From a bacterium (GTDB taxonomy: Archaea; Thermoproteota; Nitrososphaeria; Nitrososphaerales; Gagatemarchaeaceae), in NCBI GenBank assembly GCA_027310575.1, contig DAIDAO010000056.1, forward strand, positions 31,881 through 95,880: a stretch of DNA of 64,000 nucleotides, in the 5' to 3' direction. Below, in pieces: positions 18,759-27,825 of the stretch; position 1 is the stretch's first letter; the number at the start of each line of letters is the position of its first letter. The translations under genes and the position numbers were made by a program. A model generated the notes under the pieces. The model saw only the letters and a program-made list of their open reading frames with translations. It made no database searches and was not told the origin of the DNA.

Positions 18759-20535
18759 AGAGATTGGAGCGGCGCTGCGAGGAGCCTACGTTAATAACGT
18801 TTACACGGCCGGAGCGTCTCATCTGATCCGTTTCAGGAAGCCGGACGCGGGCGACCTCTGGCTGGTCGTCTCGCCCCGGAAGGGGGTCTGGCTGTCCAAG
18901 GGCGTGACCGAGAGGACAGAGACGACCGAGTTTACCACAAGGCTCAGGACAGAGCTGGAGAGGGCCAGGTTCCTCGGCGCACGGCAAGCCGACCTCGACA
19001 GGGTCTTCGAGCTCGAATTCGAAGGCAGGGGGGAGCGGCGCCTCATAGTGGAGCTCATGCCACCTGGCAACATCGTGGTGACGGGCGCAGACGGCAGGGT
19101 AGCGGCCGCTCTCCGGGACGTGCGCGCGCCCGGGAGGCGGGTGGTCAGGGGGGAGGCTTACCAGCCCCCGGCCCAGAGCCGCATCAGCCCCGCAGACATC
19201 CGGGAGGAGGACGTGAAGTCGATGCTCAGGGGAGAGAAGACCGCGGGGGGCGCGGTCGGGAGGCACGTCGCGCTCCCGAGGAAATACGTGTCCGAGTGCC
19301 TGGCGAGGCTGGGGCTGGCCGACGGTTCGCCCTCGGCAGGCCTGGAAGGGAGGGAGTCGGATGTCGTCCGGACGCTTGCTGCGATGGTGGAAGAGGCACG
19401 CGACAGGCCCAGGCCCTGCATCTGCGAGACGCCGAAGGGGGACGAGATCTTCGCGTTCCCTCCGAGAGGACTCCTGGTGAAGGAGACGGCAGGCACCCTG
19501 TCGGAACTCTGTGACGGGCTCTTCCTGCAGGAGGCCCAGGCGGAGCCGGCTGCAGCGTCGCCTGCGGAGACGAAGCGCAAGGAGATGGAGGTCACGATCG
19601 TGAAGCTGAGGTCGGAGTCGGCTTCGCTGCGTGCGGCAGCGTCGAAGGCGAGGGAGTCGGCGGAGAGGGCGCGCTCCCTGGCGCTGAAGGAGGCCCTTGA
19701 CATCCTCAAGGAGACCGGCGTGAAGCCCCCCAGGGAGCTGTCGTCCCCCGACGCCGTGGCGTCGGCCCTCTTCGACCACGCGAAGCAGCTCGAGTCGAAG
19801 TCGGCGGTGGCTGCCGAGTCCGCAGAGAAGCTCGAGAAGAAGGTGCCCAAGGTCGCGCCGAAGGAGACGAAGCGGACCACGCCGCTGGCGGCCCGGAAGC
19901 AGGAGTGGTACGAGAAGTTCAGGTGGTTCTTCACGAGCGAAGGGAAGCTCGCTGTGGGAGGGAGGGACGCCCAGACCAATTCTGCGCTGATCGGCAGATA
20001 CATGGAGGACCACGACACAGTGTTTCATGCCGACCTCTTCGGTTCCCCCTTCTTCGTCCTCAAGGGGGGGCGCGCGCAGAGCGAAGAGGAGGTCAGGCAG
20101 GTCGCCCAGGCGACCGTGGCGTTCAGCAGCGCCTGGAAGACCGGGCTCGGCTCGGCTGACGCCTACTGGGTCGGGCCCGAGCAGGTCAGGACCGCGGCGC
20201 CGAGCGGGGAGTACCTCCAGCGAGGGAGCTTCGCGATAGCCGGGAAGAAGAACTTCGTGACCAGGAACCTCGTGGAGGTCGCAGTGGGGGTCGACGCCGA
20301 CGGGAGGGTCGTGGCTGGCCCTGAGGACGCCATAAGGGGGCGGTCCCAGCGGTACCTCGTCCTGCGGCCGCAGAGGGAGAAGGGGTCTGACACAGCGAAA
20401 CGGGTGCTGAAGGACCTCGCCGGCCCGGACCAGGACGGCAGGCAGCCGCCGAGCCTCGACGAAGTGCTCCGCATGCTCCCCACTGGGGGCGGGAAGGTGG
20501 TCCGCCGAAGCGCAGGCGCACCCCGCGCCACCTAG
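18718..20535 (+). CDS. NFACT/FbpA-family protein (Rqc2/Tae2 homolog, with DUF814)
   Basis: 605 aa with a GTG start. It has an NFACT-N-like N-terminus, a central coiled coil and the DUF814-type block GGRDAQTNSALIGRYMEDHDTVFHADLFGSPFFVLK. Confidence 0.8.
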   Translation: MAELSGFEVLGLLKEIGAALRGAYVNNVYTAGASHLIRFRKPDAGDLWLVVSPRKGVWLSKGVTERTETTEFTTRLRTELERARFLGARQADLDRVFELEFEGRGERRLIVELMPPGNIVVTGADGRVAAALRDVRAPGRRVVRGEAYQPPAQSRISPADIREEDVKSMLRGEKTAGGAVGRHVALPRKYVSECLARLGLADGSPSAGLEGRESDVVRTLAAMVEEARDRPRPCICETPKGDEIFAFPPRGLLVKETAGTLSELCDGLFLQEAQAEPAAASPAETKRKEMEVTIVKLRSESASLRAAASKARESAERARSLALKEALDILKETGVKPPRELSSPDAVASALFDHAKQLESKSAVAAESAEKLEKKVPKVAPKETKRTTPLAARKQEWYEKFRWFFTSEGKLAVGGRDAQTNSALIGRYMEDHDTVFHADLFGSPFFVLKGGRAQSEEEVRQVAQATVAFSSAWKTGLGSADAYWVGPEQVRTAAPSGEYLQRGSFAIAGKKNFVTRNLVEVAVGVDADGRVVAGPEDAIRGRSQRYLVLRPQREKGSDTAKRVLKDLAGPDQDGRQPPSLDEVLRMLPTGGGKVVRRSAGAPRAT

Positions 20536-20551
20536 CGGGTCCGAGCCCGGC

Positions 20552-22369
20552 CTACAGGCACTCTGCGACTATCTCTGCGACGTCCCTGACGTCCATCCCC
20601 GTGTTCATGACCTTCGTGGTGTCGTCGAACATGGAAAGGCAGAAGGGGCACTCGGTTGCGATCGCCTTCGCTCCTGTCTTCTGGGCCTCCTCCGTCCGTA
20701 TCCCTGCGATCGAGCGCTGCTGAGGGACCTTGTACCAGTAGTTGGAGCCCCCGGCCCCGCAGCAGAAGGTCTTCTCCTTCCTCCGCCCCATCTCGCGGAC
20801 GTCCGAGACCGAAGCGCCCAGTATCTCCCGCGGCTCGTCGAACACGTTGTTGTACCTCGAGGCGTAGCAGGCGTCGTGGAGGGTGACCGAGATCTTCTGT
20901 ATCTTCTCTGCCGGGACCCTGATCCTCCCCGCCTTGATGAGGTCGGAGATGAGCTGGGTGTGATGGACGACCTCGTACCTCCCTCCGAACTGGGGATACT
21001 CGTTCTTGAGCGCGTTGAAGCAGTGGGGGCAGGTCGCTATGATCTTCTTCACCCCGTAGGAGTTCAGCTTCTCGATGTTCTGGTAGGCTAGCTCCTGGTA
21101 CCTCCCCTCCTCCCCCAGGCGGCGCGCCGGGTCTCCCACGCAGAACTCTTCGGCCCCGAGTATCGCGAAGGACACGCCCGCCTGCTTGAGTATCTTCGAC
21201 AGCGCCCTGGCGATCCTCTGGGCCCGCTGGTCGAACGAGGAGAGGCACCCGACCCAGTAGAGATATTCTGCCTTCGGGTTCGTTGCGAGCGTGTCGACTC
21301 CGAGACCCCGGGCCCAGTCCCCGCGCGTCGCGTTCTTGAAGCCGTACGGGTTCTGGTTCTGAGCGAGGTTCTCGAGCATCGCCGACTTCTCCTTGTCCAG
21401 CTTCCCCTTAGCGACCAGGCCGCGCCTCAGGTCGTAGATGACGTCGAGGTGCTTGACGCTCACAGGGCAGCTGCTCATGCAGGCGCCGCAGGACGTGCAC
21501 GACCAGAGCTCGTCCTCGCCGACAGTGGTGAACGGGTCCGCTGAGCCGCCCCCCTCCCTGGCGAGGAGGCTCACCTTCCTGACGAGGACCCGGGGGGAGA
21601 GGGGGCGGCCGGCAGCCGTCGCAGGGCACGCTGCCTCGCAGGCGCCGATCTCGACGCAGGAGTCGAAGGTGAGTCGCTGGGAGGTGTCGAAGTCCGATAT
21701 CTTGCCCGCGCCTATGCTGATCGCCGAAGCGTCGGTCTTCCCTGACATGACGTCCGCGAGGTTGAACGGCGTCCTGACCGCTGAGAGCGGCCTGTCGAAG
21801 TTGCCGACCAGGTTGACGCTGGGCCTGCTGTAGTATACAGCCACGAGCGAGTTCCTGACCACGCCGACCAGGCCCGAAGCGATGACCAGGGACGGGAACC
21901 AGAAGAGGGCAAGCTCCGACGCGGTCAGCGCGACGGCCAGCATCAGGATGAGCTGGAGGAAAGTGGAAGCGGAGGTGAACGAGGCGGTCGACTTGAACTC
22001 CCTCTCCACCCCCTTGCTCCTGAAGTAGACCTGGATCCGCCAGACGAAGGCCGCCACCAGGCCGACTATGAGGGGGACCGAGAGGACAAGGAAGGCGTCC
22101 TTCAGGAGCGGCACGTAGGGCATCACAGGGTCGAGTATGGCGTTGGCTATCGACAGCCCTATCCCGACTGCGATCGAAAGGTGCATCAGGAAGACCGGGT
22201 CCCCGCTCGCCAGACGGCGGGCTTCGTCCTCGCCCAGGCCCAGCAGACGCCCGGGTCCGATGCTGGTCGAGGTCCTGCGTGCATGCCAGAGGATCGCGTA
22301 ACCGAAGACAGCGACGCTCGCCAGGGAGAGCAGGTAGACCGCCAGGTACCCGACGTCGAGACCTGCCAT
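20552..22369 (-). CDS. membrane-anchored Fe-S oxidoreductase (2x[4Fe-4S] plus CCG domains; HdrD/GlcF-like, putative ETF:quinone oxidoreductase)
   Basis: 605 aa with about 5-6 N-terminal TM helices. It has CVEIGACEAACP and CTSCGACMSSCP ferredoxin motifs and CCG-type cysteine motifs (CPHCFN, FCCGAGG, CPFC). It lies directly downstream of etfBA. Confidence 0.8.
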   Translation of the reverse strand: MAGLDVGYLAVYLLSLASVAVFGYAILWHARRTSTSIGPGRLLGLGEDEARRLASGDPVFLMHLSIAVGIGLSIANAILDPVMPYVPLLKDAFLVLSVPLIVGLVAAFVWRIQVYFRSKGVEREFKSTASFTSASTFLQLILMLAVALTASELALFWFPSLVIASGLVGVVRNSLVAVYYSRPSVNLVGNFDRPLSAVRTPFNLADVMSGKTDASAISIGAGKISDFDTSQRLTFDSCVEIGACEAACPATAAGRPLSPRVLVRKVSLLAREGGGSADPFTTVGEDELWSCTSCGACMSSCPVSVKHLDVIYDLRRGLVAKGKLDKEKSAMLENLAQNQNPYGFKNATRGDWARGLGVDTLATNPKAEYLYWVGCLSSFDQRAQRIARALSKILKQAGVSFAILGAEEFCVGDPARRLGEEGRYQELAYQNIEKLNSYGVKKIIATCPHCFNALKNEYPQFGGRYEVVHHTQLISDLIKAGRIRVPAEKIQKISVTLHDACYASRYNNVFDEPREILGASVSDVREMGRRKEKTFCCGAGGSNYWYKVPQQRSIAGIRTEEAQKTGAKAIATECPFCLSMFDDTTKVMNTGMDVRDVAEIVAECL

Positions 22370-22428
22370 GTTTCACGTGCGCCGATTCCTGGGCTTAAAG
22401 GGTGTTCCTCGAGGGACTTGCGCCAGAC

Positions 22429-23361
22429 CTATCGACGGCTCGCGAGAGCCTTCCTGATCGCAGGGACGATCTGATAGAGGTCCCCCACGATCCCGTAGTC
22501 AGAGGCCTGGAAGATCGGCGCGTCCTTGTCCGTGTTGACCGCGGCCACGACCTTGGAGTCCTTCATCCCAGCGGTGTGCTGCAGCTGACCAGATATCCCG
22601 AGCGCCAGGTAGAGGTCTGGCTTCACCGTCACCCCCGTGAGCCCGATGTGGTGCTCCTCCGGGAGCCATCCGAGGTCTGAGGAGAGCGGCCTCGAGCAGC
22701 CTAGGGCGCCGTGCATCTCCCTGGCCAGCTCCTCCAGCATCGGGAGGTCCTCCTTCTTCTTCACCCCCCTCCCTGCGGAGACTATCACCTTCGCGGACCT
22801 CAGGTCCACAGCCCCCGCAGCCTTCTTCTCCCTGCTGACGACCTTCACGAGGGGGTTGACCTGGCCGACGTCCGACTCGGTCACCGCAGTGCCTGCGGAC
22901 TCGACCGCGGCGTAGTACCCCACCTTCACAGTGGCTATGGCCGGGAGCGCGCAGCTCACCTTCGCCACCACCTTGCCGGCGAACGCGTTCCTTTCGCCCG
23001 CGAGCGCGTTCCCGTCAGCGCTGAGCTTCGACACCTCTGAGAGGCAGCCGACCGTCAGCTTCACTGCCAGCCTCGACGCTATCTCGCGCCCATACCTTGT
23101 CGCGCCGATGAGGATGGCCGCAGGCTGCAGCTGCTTCGACGCCTTCGCGATCGCCTCAGCCGCGACCTCAGGAGGGACGTCGGACGTCGCGGGACCCTTG
23201 AGGAGGAGCTTGGCCCCTGGCGCCCTGACTCCGGCTCGGACAGCCCCTATCTCGAGCACCACAGGCTCGGCGGATGCCCCCTTCGCGACGTCGGCCGCAG
23301 CCGACGCGACCTCGTTCGAGACCGATTCGTTCTCAGAGTACGACCAGACGGCGCCGCTCAC
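22429..23361 (-). CDS. etfA: electron transfer flavoprotein alpha subunit
   Basis: 310 aa with the C-terminal FAD motif GLTGVTVKPDLYLALGISGQLQHTAGM. It has a 4-nt overlap with etfB. Confidence 0.9.
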   Translation of the reverse strand: MSGAVWSYSENESVSNEVASAAADVAKGASAEPVVLEIGAVRAGVRAPGAKLLLKGPATSDVPPEVAAEAIAKASKQLQPAAILIGATRYGREIASRLAVKLTVGCLSEVSKLSADGNALAGERNAFAGKVVAKVSCALPAIATVKVGYYAAVESAGTAVTESDVGQVNPLVKVVSREKKAAGAVDLRSAKVIVSAGRGVKKKEDLPMLEELAREMHGALGCSRPLSSDLGWLPEEHHIGLTGVTVKPDLYLALGISGQLQHTAGMKDSKVVAAVNTDKDAPIFQASDYGIVGDLYQIVPAIRKALASRR

Positions 23362-24125
23362 TTGGACAGGACCCCCTCCCTGATCAGCGCCTCGACGAGC
23401 TTCGCCGCAGCCTCGTCCGGGCTCCCTTCGATCATGACGTGCTTCCTCGCCGACTGCTGCGCAGACATGGACACGACGGACGCCTGCCTGTAGGCGCCTG
23501 CAGGCTGGAGCTGGTCCCCGTTCAGCTCCTCAAGCGGCTTCTTTCCCGCCTGCATTATCTGGATGAGGGTCGGGTATCTGGGCTCGTTGATCTCGCTGAC
23601 GACGGACGCCACGACCGGGAGAGGCGCTTCCACGACCTCCAGGCTGTCTTCGAGTGAGCGCTCGACCCTCGCGGTCTGGCCGTTGACCTCCAGCTTCCGC
23701 GCGTAGCCGGTGAAGGCCGCCCCCAGCATCTCGCCGAGCATCGGCGGAACCTGCCCGCTGTAGGTGTCCGACGACCCTTCCGAGCAGAGTACGACGTCGA
23801 ACGGGCCTGCCTTCTTGATGGCAGCTGCCAGCAGGCTGGCGGTCCTCATCGTGTCGATGCTTGTAGTATCGGCTGTGACGAGCACCCCCTTGTCCGCGCC
23901 CATCGCCAGCGCCTCCTTCATCGTCTTCTTCGAGTCCGACGGGCCGACCGTGAAGATGACGACCTCGCCCTGGTGGGCCGCCTTCAGGCGGAGCCCCTCC
24001 TCTACTGCGTTCTTGTCGAAGGTGCTCATCCTGCTGGTTGCCCCGCTGAGAAGCGGCTTCCCTCCTGAGTCGATCTTGAGCTCGGTCTCGTCGACCGCGT
24101 GTTTCACGCAGACTGCGATCCTCAT
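23358..24125 (-). CDS. etfB: electron transfer flavoprotein beta subunit
   Basis: 255 aa with the N-terminus MRIAVCVKHAVD. It has a 4-nt overlap with the acyl-CoA dehydrogenase gene. Confidence 0.9.
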   Translation of the reverse strand: MRIAVCVKHAVDETELKIDSGGKPLLSGATSRMSTFDKNAVEEGLRLKAAHQGEVVIFTVGPSDSKKTMKEALAMGADKGVLVTADTTSIDTMRTASLLAAAIKKAGPFDVVLCSEGSSDTYSGQVPPMLGEMLGAAFTGYARKLEVNGQTARVERSLEDSLEVVEAPLPVVASVVSEINEPRYPTLIQIMQAGKKPLEELNGDQLQPAGAYRQASVVSMSAQQSARKHVMIEGSPDEAAAKLVEALIREGVLSK

Positions 24126-25291
24126 AGCTCCCTCGACAGCTCCCTTCTCGCGATAAGCATCCGAAGGACTTCGGAGGTCCCCTCGCCTATGGTGAGGAGC
24201 CGTGCGTCCCTCCAGTGCCTGTGGAGGTCGTCTGTCGTGTAGCCGTAGCCGCCGTGGATCTGTATGGCCTCGTCGGAGACCCTGAGCGACATCTCGGTCG
24301 CGAAGACCTTGGCCTGGGAAGCCTCTGAGGAGAAGTCCCCTCCCAGCTCCTTGACCTTCGAAGCGTAGAGGTAGAGGAGACGGCCGGCGCTTATCTCCGT
24401 CTTCATGTCCGCTATCTTCTCCTTGATGAGCTGGAACTCTGAGATCGACTTGCCGAACGCCCTCCTCTGCTTGGCGTACGCGACTGCCTTCCCGTACGCG
24501 AGCTGTGAGATGCCGACGTTGAGCGCTGCGACGACGATCCTCGCCCCGTGGAGGATCTCCTTTGCGTAGTCTGCGCCCTTCCCCTCCTCGCCTACCAGAT
24601 TCTCCTCCGGGACGCGGCAGTCTGAGAATATGACCTCGTGGGTCTTCGAGCCCCTCATCCCCAGCTTCTGGAGCTCTGCCCCGAACCTGAGCCCCCTGTT
24701 CGGCGCTTCGAGTATGAACGCGGATGGCCCCTTCTTCGTCCGCGCGAATACGAGGTAGACGTCCGCCTCCCCCGCGTTGGTGATGAACATCTTCGACCCG
24801 TTGATTACGAACTCTCCAGCTTTCTTCTCCGCTGTCGTCGCCATGGTCCCTGCGTCGGAGCCGGATGCCGGCTCGGTCAGCGCGAATGACGCCAGCTTCC
24901 TTCCAGTGATTATCTTCTCGACGTAGCTTTCCTTCTGGCTCTCGCTGCCGAAGTTCACCAGCCCCTCCGCGACCGCGTTGTGGATCTCGACGCTCAGCGC
25001 GATCGACGCGTCGGCAGTCCCCAGGAGCTCGACCGAAATCGCGTAGACCGAGAACGGAAGGCCCAGGCCGCCGTACTCTGTCGGGAACGGGATCTGGCCC
25101 ATGCCCTGCGCGAAGAGAGCCGCCCTCGGCCCCTTGATCGAGGCGGTCCCGGCGTCGAGCTTCGGGGAGAGCGGAAGGATCTCCTTCTCCATGAAGGCCC
25201 CCAGCGAAGTCAGGAGCTCGGAGTACTCTTGGTGGTGTGAAGGGTGCAACATCTGCATCAGCCGCCTGTGTTCGGCGCTGAATATCGCCAA
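24122..25291 (-). CDS. acyl-CoA dehydrogenase
   Basis: 389 aa with a TTG start. The C-terminal motif is QIHGGYGYTTDD...RDARLLTIGEGTSEV. Confidence 0.9.
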   Translation of the reverse strand: MAIFSAEHRRLMQMLHPSHHQEYSELLTSLGAFMEKEILPLSPKLDAGTASIKGPRAALFAQGMGQIPFPTEYGGLGLPFSVYAISVELLGTADASIALSVEIHNAVAEGLVNFGSESQKESYVEKIITGRKLASFALTEPASGSDAGTMATTAEKKAGEFVINGSKMFITNAGEADVYLVFARTKKGPSAFILEAPNRGLRFGAELQKLGMRGSKTHEVIFSDCRVPEENLVGEEGKGADYAKEILHGARIVVAALNVGISQLAYGKAVAYAKQRRAFGKSISEFQLIKEKIADMKTEISAGRLLYLYASKVKELGGDFSSEASQAKVFATEMSLRVSDEAIQIHGGYGYTTDDLHRHWRDARLLTIGEGTSEVLRMLIARRELSREL

Positions 25292-25347
25292 GATGAAACG
25301 CTGAATCGCGCCGCCTTCGGGGGAGATTTAATCGTTCTCACTAACGC

Positions 25348-26760
25348 ATGAGAATTCCTAAAAGCGCAACCGACCGGCCGCAGGTCGTGGAGCTGGCAGC
25401 GCGCCTCGCAGAGTATGCGCTCTCGACGAAGTTCCAGAAGCTCGACGCCAGGACGATCAAGGAGATGAAGGCGCGAATGGTGGACGCGCTCGGCTGCGCG
25501 ATAGGCGCGTACGACGAGGGTCCGGTGCGGATGGCAAGGCGGACCGTGCTTGGGCTGCGGGACAGCGGCCCTTCGACTGTGCTGGGGACTGCGTCGCGCT
25601 CGTCCCCCGACCTCGCGACGTTCGTGAACGGGTTCATGGTGCGCTACTTCGACTACAACGACACCTACCTCTCAAAGGAGCCGGCGCACCCGAGCGACAA
25701 CCTCGCGCCGTGCCTCTCGGTCGCAGAGGCAGAGGGGTCGTCGGGGAGGGAGCTGATCGCCGCCGCTGTGGCTGCGTACGAGATTCAGTGCAGGCTCTGC
25801 GACGCCGCGGACATCAGGCACAGAGGATGGGACCACGTCAACTACGGCCTCGTCTCCTCTGCGCTCGCGGCGTCCAAGCTGATGGGGCTCGGCGAAGCGA
25901 AGTCCACGCAGGCGGTCAACCTTGCTCTCAACGGGCACATCGCGATGAGGCAGGTGAGGGCCGGGGAGCTCTCGATGTGGAAGGGGGCGTCCTTCGCCAA
26001 CGCTGCGAGAAACGGGGTGTTCGCCGCTGCGCTCGCGAGGGAGGGGGTGACCGGACCCTCCCCAATCTTCGAGGGGGAGATGGGCTTCTTCAAACAGGTC
26101 TCCGGGCCGTTCGAGCTCGAGGTCGGCAGGTTCGGCGGGAGGTCCGGCGGGTACAAGGTCAACGAGACCTACGTGAAGTACTGGCCGGCAGAATACCACG
26201 CGCAGTCCGCCATCTGGGCTGCGCTCGAGCTGCGCGGGAAGGTCGGCGAACTCCGCCGCGTCGAATCCGTGCTCGTCGAGACCCACGAGGCAGGGTACAC
26301 CATCCTCGGCAAGGACCCCGAGAAGTGGAAGCCGAAGACGAAGGAGACCGCGGACCACAGCCTCCCTTTCATAGTCGCCATGGCGCTCCTGAAGGGGACC
26401 GTCGACAACGCCACGTATTCGCAGGCGAGCCTCCGCGATCCCGAAGGCCTGGCCCTGACGGCAAGGGTCAGGGTCGCGGAAGACCCGGGGCTCACGTCGA
26501 TGTACCCTGACCGGGGGATGCCCAACAGGATCACGGTGAAGATGACGGACGGAAGGGAGGCGAGAGCCCAGGTCGACGTCCCCAAGGGGCACCCGGCCAA
26601 TCCGATGTCGAAGGATGACATCGACGGCAAGTTCCTGAGGCTGGCGACCAGGCACCTGGGAGACGCCAGGGCGAAGAGGGCTCTGGACAGACTCTGGAGA
26701 CTGGACGAAGAGAGGGAGGCAGGGGATGTCCTCGGCCTCCTGCGCGTAAGAGAGCGCTAG
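25348..26760 (+). CDS. MmgE/PrpD-family dehydratase (2-methylcitrate dehydratase-like)
   Basis: 470 aa with full-length similarity to the PrpD family (DALGCAIGA...HPSDN...DHSLPF). Confidence 0.85.
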   Translation: MRIPKSATDRPQVVELAARLAEYALSTKFQKLDARTIKEMKARMVDALGCAIGAYDEGPVRMARRTVLGLRDSGPSTVLGTASRSSPDLATFVNGFMVRYFDYNDTYLSKEPAHPSDNLAPCLSVAEAEGSSGRELIAAAVAAYEIQCRLCDAADIRHRGWDHVNYGLVSSALAASKLMGLGEAKSTQAVNLALNGHIAMRQVRAGELSMWKGASFANAARNGVFAAALAREGVTGPSPIFEGEMGFFKQVSGPFELEVGRFGGRSGGYKVNETYVKYWPAEYHAQSAIWAALELRGKVGELRRVESVLVETHEAGYTILGKDPEKWKPKTKETADHSLPFIVAMALLKGTVDNATYSQASLRDPEGLALTARVRVAEDPGLTSMYPDRGMPNRITVKMTDGREARAQVDVPKGHPANPMSKDDIDGKFLRLATRHLGDARAKRALDRLWRLDEEREAGDVLGLLRVRER

Positions 26761-26796
26761 AACGCTTAAAGCGGTTCTTCCTAGGCGTCGCAAAGG

Positions 26797-27786
26797 ATGA
26801 AGCTGGGTCTCGGCTTCAACCCGGTCCTGAGCCTCGACGAGGCGGTCGCGACCGCAGCAAGGGCGGAGTCGCTCGGATACGACTCGATCTGGATGCATGA
26901 AAGCCTGTTCCAGCGCGACGTGGTGACCTATCTTTCCTGCATGGCTTCAGGGACGAAGAGAATCAGGCTGGGGTCGGGCGTGATCAACACCTTCACGAGG
27001 CACCCAGTGACCGCAGCGACCACGTTCGCCACGCTTTCGGAGGCCTCGGGGGGGAGGGTGACCCTGGGTCTTGGGCTCGGGAGCTTCCCTACGATACCCC
27101 TGATAGGGCACGAGATCTTCCCAGTCGAGAGGACCAAGCCCATGCGGAGGATCAAGGAGTATGTCCAGGTGGTCAGGATGGTCTGGGAAGGGAAGAAGGT
27201 GGAGTTCGACGGCGAGTTCTTCCAGGTGCACGGCCTTACGCTCGGTTTCAAGGTGAACGGGGGGGTGCCGATATTCGTGGCGTCGCTCTCCCCAAAGACC
27301 CAGGCGTTCGCGGCGACCGTCGCCGACGGCGTGATCCTTTCGCCCGCCCTGAACACAGTGTGGGGGACTGAGAGGATGGTGGACAACGTCAAGAAGGGAG
27401 AGGCGAAGAGGGGGAAGGAGGTCGAGAGGGCGTCCTACATGCTGACATCCCTCGACCCGGACCCGGCGAAGGCGGCACAGGCGGTCAGGGACTACTACTT
27501 CTTCGTCTACCAGCTGGCAGACGTGGTCCGCCCCGAAGTACTCGCCCCCTACGGCGTCTCGGAAGAGAAGCTGAAGCCCATGAAAGAAGCCTGGAAGAAG
27601 GGGGACGTCCCCGAAGCCAAGCGGCTCATCCCAGCCGAGGCGATCGAAGCCCTCACGGTGACAGGCAGCGCAGACCACGCGGCAGACAGGATACGGGAGT
27701 ATTCCAAGGCGGGCGTCACCCTCCCGATAGCGATGCCGATAGGGGACGTGGGCTATACGGTCGAAGCCCTCTCGAGCACGATCTGA
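26797..27786 (+). CDS. luciferase-like (LLM class, possibly F420-dependent) oxidoreductase
   Basis: 329 aa with the GYDSIWMHES motif and TIM-barrel LLM features. The palindromic TATA-like box CGCTTAAAGCG lies at 26763-26773. Confidence 0.8.
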   Translation: MKLGLGFNPVLSLDEAVATAARAESLGYDSIWMHESLFQRDVVTYLSCMASGTKRIRLGSGVINTFTRHPVTAATTFATLSEASGGRVTLGLGLGSFPTIPLIGHEIFPVERTKPMRRIKEYVQVVRMVWEGKKVEFDGEFFQVHGLTLGFKVNGGVPIFVASLSPKTQAFAATVADGVILSPALNTVWGTERMVDNVKKGEAKRGKEVERASYMLTSLDPDPAKAAQAVRDYYFFVYQLADVVRPEVLAPYGVSEEKLKPMKEAWKKGDVPEAKRLIPAEAIEALTVTGSADHAADRIREYSKAGVTLPIAMPIGDVGYTVEALSSTI

Positions 27787-27798
27787 TATCAGCGGGCG

Positions 27799-27822
27799 GG
27801 TCCGCGTCGAGGGGTGCGGACC
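27799..27822. terminator. 7-bp hairpin between convergent genes
   Basis: GGTCCGC-N10-GCGGACC lies between the LLM stop and the prenyltransferase stop. Function is unproven. Confidence 0.3.
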
Positions 27823-27825
27823 TGC

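Noticed and set aside
18727-20028. 433-aa ORF antisense to NFACT
   Set aside because: It has Arg/Pro/Leu/Gly-rich low-information sequence, fully nested opposite a gene with clear family motifs, and is a typical high-GC antisense ORF. The same reasoning applies to 2251..3462, 14007..15104, 25672..26898, 36155..37159, 45098..46255, 46371..47594 and 49811..50671.
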